Shown: piece after piece, positions 20,607-28,958 of the stretch
How positions within the stretch are numbered: position 1 is the stretch's first letter
Layout: every line of letters begins with the position of its first letter
IMG/VR virus record: IMGVR_UViG_3300031867_000046
Span: 1,255 to 65,254 of that record
Direction: 5' to 3' (one strand)
Length of the DNA stretch: 64,000 nucleotides
Source of the DNA: a virus
Taxonomy: Duplodnaviria; Caudoviricetes
Translations under genes and position numbers: made by a program
The notes under the pieces: model-generated
What the model was told of the DNA's origin: nothing
Seen by the model: only the letters and a program-made list of their open reading frames with translations
Databases searched by the model: none

Positions 20607-20774
20607 ACTGAATAGAATTTTTTATAGTCCAACTTCGCCATACTAATTATTATCTCCTATCATTTGTTTGTAAGTGTAACTGTTATTAACATAATACACA
20701 GAGCGTGGCTGTGATTTAACTAAATTTGCATTACGTGTTCTATAAATTATGTAAACTAAAAATTTATAATAAAC

Positions 20775-20800
20775 AACCCTCGTACATAAATACGAGGGTT
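20775..20800 (-). terminator. Intrinsic terminator-like hairpin
   Basis: aaccctcgta / tacgagggtt. Confidence 0.7.
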
Positions 20801-20810
20801 AACTTATATT

Positions 20811-21419
20811 TTACATATTGTCTAAATAGTCAACTGTTTCAGCAACTATCTGATCAATAGATGTGTCGATGTTGTCGTGAATCAGTGACGCATATTTTCT
20901 ACATCCGTTAAATTGACTATTCTTAGGATAGATAAGAACCATTTGATGGTGTGCAGGCGTTGGAGTTATCACAATCAAAGCTGATTTGCCATTCTTTGTT
21001 ACCTTCAAATCAACTGCATCTGTGCATGAGTATGTTAGAGCGTCATTGAATGTAAATTGTAAACCACTAATTTTTGATAAGGCTCTATCAAGAGCAAAGA
21101 AAAAGTAACGTCTATCTGACAAATAGTCAGAGCTATCTTTTTTAGACTCAATCTCTGTAATTAAAGCTTTAAACTTATTTAGAGATGCACAAAATCTATC
21201 TGCAAATGAGCTTGTCTGCTTTGCGACTTTTTGTAAATTTTCAAAATGCTCTAATGCGCAAGGCATAAGTGATTTGATTTCACCGGTGTCGTTGTCAAAG
21301 TCATCACTGTAAAAAACAAATCTTAAAAGCTTTGAAGCGTATTCTGACGTTGTTTGTAAAGAGTCTAACAAAGTATTAACTTCATTTTGAAGACTGCAAA
21401 ATTGATCTACTGTTGCCAT
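20811..21419 (-). CDS. Hypothetical protein
   Basis: 202-aa ORF with GGAG SD; no motif recognised. Confidence 0.6.
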   Translation of the reverse strand: MATVDQFCSLQNEVNTLLDSLQTTSEYASKLLRFVFYSDDFDNDTGEIKSLMPCALEHFENLQKVAKQTSSFADRFCASLNKFKALITEIESKKDSSDYLSDRRYFFFALDRALSKISGLQFTFNDALTYSCTDAVDLKVTKNGKSALIVITPTPAHHQMVLIYPKNSQFNGCRKYASLIHDNIDTSIDQIVAETVDYLDNM

Positions 21420-21530
21420 GTTACAATGTCTCCTATTATATGTTGGAACTTAAGTTATAGCAACCTATTTACTACACCATAAAATTCCACCGAATAGATT
21501 TTATATACACGTTTATGTAGAATAAGTTAA

Positions 21531-21842
21531 CTAAATACAGCTGCAAGGTGTAGAATCACTGATGATTAATCCATCATTATTGTTTCCTTCACCTGCTTTT
21601 ATGAAATCGACTTCGGCATACCTTGTTAAGTGAAGTGTATTATCTTCATCTGACGAAGCTGTTGCCATGTATAATCTATATTGGCCACAAGGTGTCTTTA
21701 ACAAAACAAGATCACCTTTTTCTATATCAGACGCTTCAACTTCAGATAGCTTATATATTTTACTGTATTTAGCTTTATTGTCAAGTAATGTGTGATTTGA
21801 GTAATCTGTTGAGAAATCTACAGACATAACTTTGTTCCCCAA
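21531..21842 (-). CDS. Hypothetical protein
   Basis: 103-aa ORF overlapping the end of the upstream gene. Confidence 0.5.
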   Translation of the reverse strand: MGNKVMSVDFSTDYSNHTLLDNKAKYSKIYKLSEVEASDIEKGDLVLLKTPCGQYRLYMATASSDEDNTLHLTRYAEVDFIKAGEGNNNDGLIISDSTPCSCI

Positions 21843-22573
21843 ATGTAAAAGTATATAAAAAATAACTTTATTCTATAATAAATCAAAAGTAAAATATCGT
21901 ATAAAGAATGCTTCATTTTTACAGGGACTAATGCATGTGATTGATTATTGTACATAGCAGGTCTCTGTCTATTGTAGTATTCTATTGAAGTAGCGAACTC
22001 TGTATTTAGAAATGAGTTTGAAAATTCAGCTTGCACTTTAACTGCATTATTATTTTTCACGTAGCATTGACAAGTTGAATTATTTACGGCATCACATATA
22101 TTTGTAAACGGAATTATTATTAGCCTATCTTCTAAACCTACGTGAAATGCAAGTGTGTAAAGTTTATTCTTAAATTTGTAATTGTCTATGTAGTCTAAAA
22201 TAACGATAGGCTTATGTGAAGCAAATAAAAGCAGATTCTCTAAAAGTCTTTTTGTATCATAGTCAATTTGATAAAACTTCATCCATAGCAAATAGTCAAG
22301 TCCAATAAATGATAAATAGCTCGATAATTTTGCAAAATCGACGTCTAATGAACTTTTTGCGTATGTGTACACAAACTCATAAGGATTATAAAATCGTCTT
22401 GTGTAAGCGATAATTTTATCGGATGATACGATAGACTTATTATGTACGTAGTCTGAATGCTTTAGCTTTCTAATAAAAGAATCAGTATACTCTTTATTTG
22501 TGGAGTATACTGACATCACATTTCTTGTTATTAGTCTTACGTCTAATTTGCTGTCAACGAGATCATATATCAT
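21818..22573 (-). CDS. Degenerate ABC-ATPase-fold protein (catalytic motifs lost)
   Basis: FIGLDYLLWMKFYQIDYDTKRLLENLLLFASHKPIVILD...LIIIPFTNICDA follows ABC NBD spacing, but lacks GxxGxGKS, LSGG and the Walker B Glu. Confidence 0.4.
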   Translation of the reverse strand: MIYDLVDSKLDVRLITRNVMSVYSTNKEYTDSFIRKLKHSDYVHNKSIVSSDKIIAYTRRFYNPYEFVYTYAKSSLDVDFAKLSSYLSFIGLDYLLWMKFYQIDYDTKRLLENLLLFASHKPIVILDYIDNYKFKNKLYTLAFHVGLEDRLIIIPFTNICDAVNNSTCQCYVKNNNAVKVQAEFSNSFLNTEFATSIEYYNRQRPAMYNNQSHALVPVKMKHSLYDILLLIYYRIKLFFIYFYIWGTKLCL

Positions 22574-23055
22574 TAGTTTGTATCTTCTTCATCTGAAGAA
22601 TCATCAGCTAGAGCCTCTTTTAACTGATCCAACGTTTCCGCTGACATACCCTTTAGTAAATTATAAATTTCATCCACTCGTGCAGTGTTATCAGTGTCAA
22701 CAGCTTGTTTAGAAACTTGACTGCATATACTCATGATTTCAGCTTGCGCACGTTTTGCTTCTTTATAACGTGCGTTTAGCTCTCTTGCGTCAAGCTTGTC
22801 TACATTAACGTTGTATAGTTTATCTTCGGCCTCTGCGATAAATTTGCTAAGTGTATTTAGTCGATTTAAGCTTGCAGCAGAGTAATATGAGAGAAAGGCT
22901 GTGAGTTTACGTGCCACTAACGTTAAATTATTTGCCAACTCAACTGGGATGTCTGCGATTACCGCTTGGTCAATCACGAGTTGAGCGTCTTTGCTTTTAT
23001 CTTTATTAGGGTCTACAACAGAAATATCAGTTGAAGCTGTTTTGTGTTTTGCCAT
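22573..23055 (-). CDS. Hypothetical helical/coiled-coil protein
   Basis: 160 aa, heptad-rich, acidic tail. Confidence 0.55.
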   Translation of the reverse strand: MAKHKTASTDISVVDPNKDKSKDAQLVIDQAVIADIPVELANNLTLVARKLTAFLSYYSAASLNRLNTLSKFIAEAEDKLYNVNVDKLDARELNARYKEAKRAQAEIMSICSQVSKQAVDTDNTARVDEIYNLLKGMSAETLDQLKEALADDSSDEEDTN

Positions 23056-23070
23056 GACTATACCTATATG

Positions 23071-23949
23071 CTATAAAATATCTTTAGAGCTTATAACGCG
23101 CTCTACAGTTTTTACAGGTTTATTATACTTTGTAGAAAGCTCTTCAACAGTTAAGCCGTTGTTATAATCTTCACAAATTGAAATGTCAAGGAGCATATTT
23201 TTAACAAGCGCAGTGGATGGAATGTTAAATTTGTCCTCTTGAAACACGTCAAGAAATGCGAGAAACTTATCGCCTAATAATTGATATAGCGTATTAAAAT
23301 AGTTAGAGCCGTTTATGGCGTCGAGTTTATCAGCAAGAATCTCAATCTGATCGTCTGTATAATTATTATAGTAGCTAATTAAGTCGCAAGGCGTTTTCAT
23401 ATTTTTAACCTCTGAATATGATTCCCAATCGTCAAGTTCGTCTTCACTGTCTGAAATAGCATAGTGTTGCTTTGCGCCGTTCGTTTTGAAAAGCATCCAC
23501 GTTTTCAGCGATACTGTCCTAAACGAGTCTATTGAGTTTATGCAAAGCCCATCAGCGTCAATTATATCGGAGTTTATCTCTGTTGTTTTTGGATAAACCA
23601 CTTGAGTGTCGAGAATATCATCTTCTGTACTTATTAGTTTGTTTGATCTGAATATGAAGTTAGACAAAGTGTTACGCATACGCGTAAATAATACGTTCCG
23701 TAAATTTATAATGTCATCATCATTATTCAGTGTAGAAAGCTTTATCGTAAAAGCGACAGCATCAGCTGTTGCTAATTGATAAAGATCTTCTTTATCAAAG
23801 TGCTCAAGATACTTTATGAAGCATTTTGCAACAACAGCTTTTGATAGGTTATAAGAGTATTCCCAACAAAATTGATTTGGTTTGCCGTTTGTAAAAAACT
23901 CACTTAATTTTGGAATTGGAATAGCAGGTTTTGTAGATTTTCTTGGCAT
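23071..23949 (-). CDS. Putative transcription factor: sigma region-2-like N-terminus plus Mor-like C-terminal HTH
   Basis: DKEDLYQLA...RNVLFTRMRNTLSNFI (sigma2-like); LLGDKFLAFLDVFQEDKFNIPS...YNNGLTVEELSTKYNKPVKTVERVI (Mor-like). Confidence 0.45.
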   Translation of the reverse strand: MPRKSTKPAIPIPKLSEFFTNGKPNQFCWEYSYNLSKAVVAKCFIKYLEHFDKEDLYQLATADAVAFTIKLSTLNNDDDIINLRNVLFTRMRNTLSNFIFRSNKLISTEDDILDTQVVYPKTTEINSDIIDADGLCINSIDSFRTVSLKTWMLFKTNGAKQHYAISDSEDELDDWESYSEVKNMKTPCDLISYYNNYTDDQIEILADKLDAINGSNYFNTLYQLLGDKFLAFLDVFQEDKFNIPSTALVKNMLLDISICEDYNNGLTVEELSTKYNKPVKTVERVISSKDIL

Positions 23950-24023
23950 ATATAATATAAAACTCCATAATATATAAAGTAAATTTATATTATATTATAT
24001 ACATGAGATTTCGTAATAATTAA

Positions 24024-24704
24024 CTATTCTATGTACAATAATGAGCCCTTTAACGAAGTAATATAAGCTTCGTAGTCACTCATGTTATGGCTATGTAAAC
24101 AATCAAGAATTTCGCCAAAATCTTTAAGTTCTTTGCCTTCAAAATTAGTTGGCGGCTTTAATCGTCTTATATGTATGCCTTTATCCATTCCTGAATGCTT
24201 TAACTGTAAACGCTTTGCTGCATCGTTGCCTGCGTTGTCGTTGTCAAATGCACAGTATAATGTTGAGCATGTCCCTAATAAAAATGATAGCACTGTATTT
24301 GAAACGGCTGTGCCGTTTGTAGCTATAACGTACGGATAAAAGTTTCTTAAAAAGTCAGAATCAAGCGCAGACTCAACAATAATCCAAGGTTTTGAGTATG
24401 GCTTATTGTTTACACCTGCACCGTACGGAATGTATTGACACTCATTATAGTATCTGAAAAGCTTATCGCCACATGATCTAAACATAATAGCTGTAACTTC
24501 GCCATTTACTATATTAGGCATAGCTATACATTTACCTTGTTCTGCGATAAACTGTTTTAGATATCCGTCTAATTTATCATAACGAAATGCGTCCATACTC
24601 GTTGCTAATCTATACGGATTATTGAATGCTAACGAATAGGACGCATATTTGTTATATGGCTGATCTATTTGTGGAAGTGAGTAAAAGTATTCAGTTAAAC
24701 TCAT
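24024..24704 (-). CDS. TOPRIM DNA primase-like protein
   Basis: IIVESALD, VIATNGT, LYCAFDNDNAG (DxD) and KDFGE motifs. Confidence 0.8.
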   Translation of the reverse strand: MSLTEYFYSLPQIDQPYNKYASYSLAFNNPYRLATSMDAFRYDKLDGYLKQFIAEQGKCIAMPNIVNGEVTAIMFRSCGDKLFRYYNECQYIPYGAGVNNKPYSKPWIIVESALDSDFLRNFYPYVIATNGTAVSNTVLSFLLGTCSTLYCAFDNDNAGNDAAKRLQLKHSGMDKGIHIRRLKPPTNFEGKELKDFGEILDCLHSHNMSDYEAYITSLKGSLLYIE

Positions 24705-24710
24705 AATAAC

Positions 24711-25388
24711 CTAATCAGCATCAGATTGATCTTGAAGTGTAAACTCACCTTTGTCAGCAACGTAAATTCTATCCCCGTACTCTATAAACTTCATGTCGTG
24801 TGTGATTAAAACAATCGACAGGCCTGTTTCAGCACACAAGGTTTTTAGAAACTCCATAAAGTTAGGCACATAAATCTTTGATAGCTGTGAAAGTTGCTCA
24901 TCAAGAAACAAGTATTTGTCTACATCAAGGTTGATTATGTAGAAAATTTGGATAATTGATGCGATAACTACAAGGACACCGCCTGCGACGTTAGAGTTCT
25001 TTACAGGAATCAAGTTGCCATTATCGTTAAGCAAAAGCTCTACGCATTTTGTGTTACGCTTATCGACTACTTTTATCTGTATAGAATAGTTACGGTCAAA
25101 AAATATTTTCTTTAATCCTATTGTGATTAGCTCTTCTAATTTCTTTAACAATGAATCAGAAAATTTGCTAATAATGTCGTCTATAATAGGTTTACAGTTT
25201 CTTAATGTGGCTTTTTCATTTTCTAATACGCTGATTCTGTTATCAACGTCTGCTATAGAAGCTTTTGTGTTCTCTATAGCAGACTGAATGCCGCGATATT
25301 TGATCAGTGTATCAGTTAAGCACTTTTCAAAATCAGCATTAAGCATATACTTATTCCCAATACACGTATGCTGATTTAGAGTCAACAT
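24711..25388 (-). CDS. SbcC/Rad50/gp46 C-terminal half
   Basis: Coiled coil, then signature-like VAGGV, Walker B LFLDEQ and H-loop LITHD; no Walker A. Confidence 0.85.
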   Translation of the reverse strand: MLTLNQHTCIGNKYMLNADFEKCLTDTLIKYRGIQSAIENTKASIADVDNRISVLENEKATLRNCKPIIDDIISKFSDSLLKKLEELITIGLKKIFFDRNYSIQIKVVDKRNTKCVELLLNDNGNLIPVKNSNVAGGVLVVIASIIQIFYIINLDVDKYLFLDEQLSQLSKIYVPNFMEFLKTLCAETGLSIVLITHDMKFIEYGDRIYVADKGEFTLQDQSDAD

Positions 25389-25503
25389 TAATCACAACTT
25401 TCGCAGCGTCCATGTTCATTACTTTTAAACCGGGCATATAAGACACAGTGAAATCTTTGTAAAAAGAGTTATTAGCAAAGTCAGAATAATTTACAGTAAA
25501 CAT
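25351..25503 (-). CDS. Small hypothetical protein
   Basis: MFTVNYSDFANN..., strong GGAGG SD before the ATG at 25503. Confidence 0.55.
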   Translation of the reverse strand: MFTVNYSDFANNSFYKDFTVSYMPGLKVMNMDAAKVVINVDSKSAYVYWE

Positions 25504-25671
25504 AAAATAACCTCCATAAAATGTGTTTGTAGTATTCGTATACATAGAATCACTTCAAAGTTAAACACTTTATGGAGGCTATTTTCAATTATGGTAAATT
25601 TGTTAAGACGGGCAAATGTTTGCAAGGATAACTAACAAAAGTTTGTCAGAAAGAATTCTAACTTGTCTAAA

Positions 25672-26202
25672 CTACGTTGTATGGCTATTTCTCATGTGAT
25701 ACTCATAAAAATCTGATGACGCGTAAGAAGCACCAATCGCAAACTCATCATCCATTATAGCATTAGGCTTAATACATTCTTCTGCTAAATAAGATGCACC
25801 TATCGTGAAGTCGTCAGGCTGATCTTTGTCTTTATAGTAATCATAATGATGAGTTCTTCCGTGAATTGTAAAGTCATCAAATTTTAAAGCGGGTGTCTGC
25901 GTGAAAATGCCATCACGTGTTCCATGCTTGCTATGTGATCTTCGTGTGCAAGTTTCGTAAGCATACTTATCGTCTGATACACGAGTTACTTTTATAGGAT
26001 GAGTGTTAACTTTATATCTGTGATTAAACTGCTCACATTTAGCTTTAGCTTTTTCTAATGTGTCATACTTTTTAACTATATACTCGTCGCCGTCGTCAAA
26101 TACAAATCGAACAGCAAAACAAGACTCACTAACTTTTAAATTGTAATGATACTTTGTAAGAGGATACGCGTTAAACACACGATGATTTTTCTCGAATAAC
26201 AT
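25672..26202 (-). CDS. Hypothetical protein
   Basis: 176-aa ORF; no motif recognised. Confidence 0.55.
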   Translation of the reverse strand: MLFEKNHRVFNAYPLTKYHYNLKVSESCFAVRFVFDDGDEYIVKKYDTLEKAKAKCEQFNHRYKVNTHPIKVTRVSDDKYAYETCTRRSHSKHGTRDGIFTQTPALKFDDFTIHGRTHHYDYYKDKDQPDDFTIGASYLAEECIKPNAIMDDEFAIGASYASSDFYEYHMRNSHTT

Positions 26203-26452
26203 ACTTAAGCTCTCTATATAATGTGGTTACTAAATTAACGAAATTACCTTTTATTATATAGATATTTAGACGAATTACAGTAGTATGAAAAATTCTGATG
26301 CTTATAAAGTTTGCGCGGCACTACATAGAAAATTCTTTTAAGCTGAATTAGCAGCGAGAAACTTTCAAAAAATTTCTTAATCTGAAAAAATCGCGCGGGA
26401 TTCTACATAAAATTCAGTTTAGTTGAATTAGACGGTACATGAAGATGGATAC

Positions 26453-26512
26453 TAATATATAAAATATAATATTATATATTAATATTAATAAAATATAATA
26501 TATTATATTTAT
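26453..26512. repeat. 60-bp A/T-only tract with a 19-bp perfect inverted repeat (origin-like unwinding element)
   Basis: Arms 26462-26480 aaatataatattatatatt and 26492-26510 aatatataatattatattt; no G/C from 26453 to 26512. Confidence 0.8.
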
Positions 26513-26562
26513 CTTTATTTTATGAAATGAAGATGTAGAATGTAGTGTTTATTCTACTATAT
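26509..26562. repeat. 54-bp direct repeat, copy 1 (double hairpin)
   Basis: ttatctt[t]attttatgaaatgaagatgtagaatgtagtgtttattctactatat; matches 27151-27204 with one mismatch. Confidence 0.9.
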
Positions 26563-27150
26563 ACAAATTTCTTTAGAATGTGCCGCGAATTTTGATAGAA
26601 GGCTCAAAAATTTTCTGCTTGATTAGAAATTTAGAAGCAAGACAGCGGCAGAAATTTTGATTAACAGTGAAAATTTCGCTTGATAGCTTTCAAAATTTTG
26701 TTTAATACTATAAAGAAGGTATACCAAATTGAAGCACATTTCCTTCGTAAAAAATAAAATAGAATATCCCTATAAGTACGCTACATTATTTTAAGAAAGT
26801 CTACGTTATGTACCATTTGCGTAGAAAGTTTATTAAATTTTAACACAGAGCTTTATTAGATGCGTCTTATTCAGCAAAGTGCTGTGAGAGAACATTATAG
26901 CATTCACGCGGTAGCCGTTTGTTACTAACTATAAAATGGCAAGCTCATTGACTAAATACAATGTTAAGCTTCCACCCTGTCGTATATCGTGTTACATCTC
27001 ACTAATTACAAGTTTCGCACTATGTGGTCGGTTATCTTGTAATTGATCATGGAAATCCTCGGTAGCCGTACAGATTCCACGCACAAGTCAAATATACTGA
27101 CCTGAATACAGCCCGCAGTCGCATAACATACGAGCAAACATGTCGGCAGC

Positions 27151-27204
27151 TTATCTTCATTTTATGAAATGAAGATGTAGAATGTAGTGTTTATTCTACT
27201 ATAT
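27151..27204. repeat. 54-bp direct repeat, copy 2 (double hairpin)
   Basis: atcttcattt-tatg-aaatgaagat (10-bp stem) immediately followed by gtagaat-N9-attctac (7-bp stem). Confidence 0.9.
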
Positions 27205-27540
27205 TCTGTTATGCTCAACTTTTTCAGTTTGCAGATAATACCATTTCTTTCAATGCTGCAAACCCTAATTACGTGATTTAATTAACAAATAATGGAAATT
27301 TAGCGATTCATTATTTGTTATCACGTATCAGGATGATCAATCGCTAATCTGATTTTGTTGTTTGTACACCCAATAGTCTGCTGTCATATCGCAGTTTGCT
27401 TATTCAGTTTTTGAACAGTTCATAACTACTAATTAGAGTAACTCTAACTGACGCCCCTACACAGGATGGGAAGTTAATCTCCAATGGTAATGCGATGTGT
27501 ACTACGTATCTTCCATCAGGACATAGGATCTAAATCAAGT
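27205..27540. ncRNA. Candidate structured non-coding RNA containing an H-type pseudoknot
   Basis: No ORF. S1 27284-27294/27309-27319 (11 bp) and S2 27300-27308/27339-27347 (9 bp), plus further stems gtttgcag/ctgcaaac and gatgg(g)aag/cttccatc. Confidence 0.45.
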
Positions 27541-27560
27541 ACATAAATTATATACAAACA

Positions 27561-27604
27561 AAAATCCCACTATTTAACCTGTTACGGAAAAATAGTGGGA
27601 TTTT
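27561..27604 (-). terminator. Intrinsic terminator-like hairpin
   Basis: aaaatcccactattt / aaatagtgggatttt. Confidence 0.75.
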
Positions 27605-27686
27605 ATAAAGAACATAGACAGTTTATTAGGTGATAAGTTCTGCTTTCACCATCTGTCTAATATATTGATATTGAGAAATTTTTAGC

Positions 27687-28613
27687 TTATCCAATTAATC
27701 GCCATCTTCCAAACTTATCTTGCTCAACTAACACATTTAGCACATTTCCGCGTGCAAATTTACCTGTGTTATAGTAAGTTAGAATACGTCCAGAGTTGTC
27801 TGCTATTATCTCTACAGGCGTTTGATGAGTGTGACCGCATATTATTGTATGGTAGATTCTTGGTTGCTTAGAAATGAAATCTAAGGCGCCATTTGCAACT
27901 CTACGATCTTCACTGTTTAATGAGTCTAATGTTACTTGTTTTGGTTTTTGATTAACTTTATTATCACTTGATTGATCTGTATAGTAATCTCTACCTCTCA
28001 ATAGATCTTCTAAATCAGGTGAGCAAACATTAGCAACTATATCACTTGCAAAAGTACCCATAAGACCTAAAAAGTTTTTTCCTGAGCACAGATAGTCAAA
28101 TTTGTGGCCATGCTCAAAAATAATTCCACACCTTGAAAACATATTATCTTCACGCGTGTTATATTTTACAGTCTCAACAAGCGATAGTCTAGGGAACCCA
28201 GCAACGTCAGAAAAAAATTTAGCGTCTTTATCGTGATTCCCTGCTACGTAAATAATGTTACTTGTATATAGCCACGGCTCTATTGATGATAGCAGGAGTC
28301 TATACGCGTATGAGTAGTAGCATGAAGTGTACCCATATTCTCCGTTTATAACGTCACCTAATAAAACTAACATGTGCTTATTATCGTTAAATAGACCTTG
28401 CTTTCCACTAATAATGATTTTATCACAGAATCTTTTTAGAGTATAAGCTTCGCCTGATAACGGACTTCCATCTGACGAAAACACATAATCGTTCCTGCCT
28501 GCACATTTGGGTGACGCGTCGTTACCTATATGCAAGTCACTAATTACACAAAATTCCGCTCGATTGTCGTCTAATTTAGTATAGTTAAAAATTCCAGATT
28601 GTACACTTTCCAT
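27687..28613 (-). CDS. Calcineurin-like metallophosphoesterase
   Basis: SDLHIG, LLGDVING, AGNHD, FEHGH and CGHTH motifs. Confidence 0.9.
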   Translation of the reverse strand: MESVQSGIFNYTKLDDNRAEFCVISDLHIGNDASPKCAGRNDYVFSSDGSPLSGEAYTLKRFCDKIIISGKQGLFNDNKHMLVLLGDVINGEYGYTSCYYSYAYRLLLSSIEPWLYTSNIIYVAGNHDKDAKFFSDVAGFPRLSLVETVKYNTREDNMFSRCGIIFEHGHKFDYLCSGKNFLGLMGTFASDIVANVCSPDLEDLLRGRDYYTDQSSDNKVNQKPKQVTLDSLNSEDRRVANGALDFISKQPRIYHTIICGHTHQTPVEIIADNSGRILTYYNTGKFARGNVLNVLVEQDKFGRWRLIG

Positions 28614-28640
28614 GTTGTTACCTCATAACTTACAATATAT

Positions 28641-28787
28641 AAAAGAAAAGCTACGCTTATTGGTGCGTAGCAAACCATCATACAATATCGCGAGTAGTAT
28701 GAGACAACTAAACCCGTTGTCATTAGGATAGCAGGACTTTAACCTACTTCTCTGTTAAGCGCTTTACACATATAAGCTATATCCTAA
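28641..28787 (-). ncRNA. Candidate small structured RNA ending in an intrinsic terminator
   Basis: Nested and tandem stems (28723-28732/28776-28787, ttaac/gttaa, gacaac/gttgtc, tcatac/gtatga), then gctacgc/gcgtagc plus a U-tract. Confidence 0.4.
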
Positions 28788-28802
28788 TCATATACTTAGA
28801 TA

Positions 28803-28949
28803 TTAACTGCCCTTTTTCTTAAACCCATGAATTTTGTAGTCAGAAAAGTCCTCATGGACATGTTCTTCCTTTATTTGGATTTTGCGTCGTTTAAAATCGT
28901 TTGATTTGTTTCGTTCAGAGCAGTTATTTTTCTTGTAAGATTTTCCCAT
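28803..28949 (-). CDS. 48-aa basic hypothetical protein (not in ORF track)
   Basis: Own translation MGKSYKKNNCSERNKSNDFKRRKIQIKEEHVHEDFSDYKIHGFKKKGS; starts 10 nt after the clamp-like gene. Confidence 0.5.
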   Translation of the reverse strand: MGKSYKKNNCSERNKSNDFKRRKIQIKEEHVHEDFSDYKIHGFKKKGS

Positions 28950-28958
28950 ATTTAAAGA

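Noticed and set aside
22573-23055. Terminase small subunit
   Set aside because: Size and helicity fit, but no diagnostic motif is present and it lies far from terL.
26534-26557. GTAGAAT...ATTCTAC hairpin resembling a Cas12a CRISPR repeat
   Set aside because: Stem order is the reverse of the Cas12a TCTAC...GTAGA repeat, there are only two copies about 640 bp apart, and no spacer-sized units or cas genes are present.
27440-27465. GGGGCGTC on the minus strand as a possible tmRNA/tRNA 5' end
   Set aside because: No matching acceptor-stem 3' strand with CCA and no T-arm GTTCRA found at a plausible distance.
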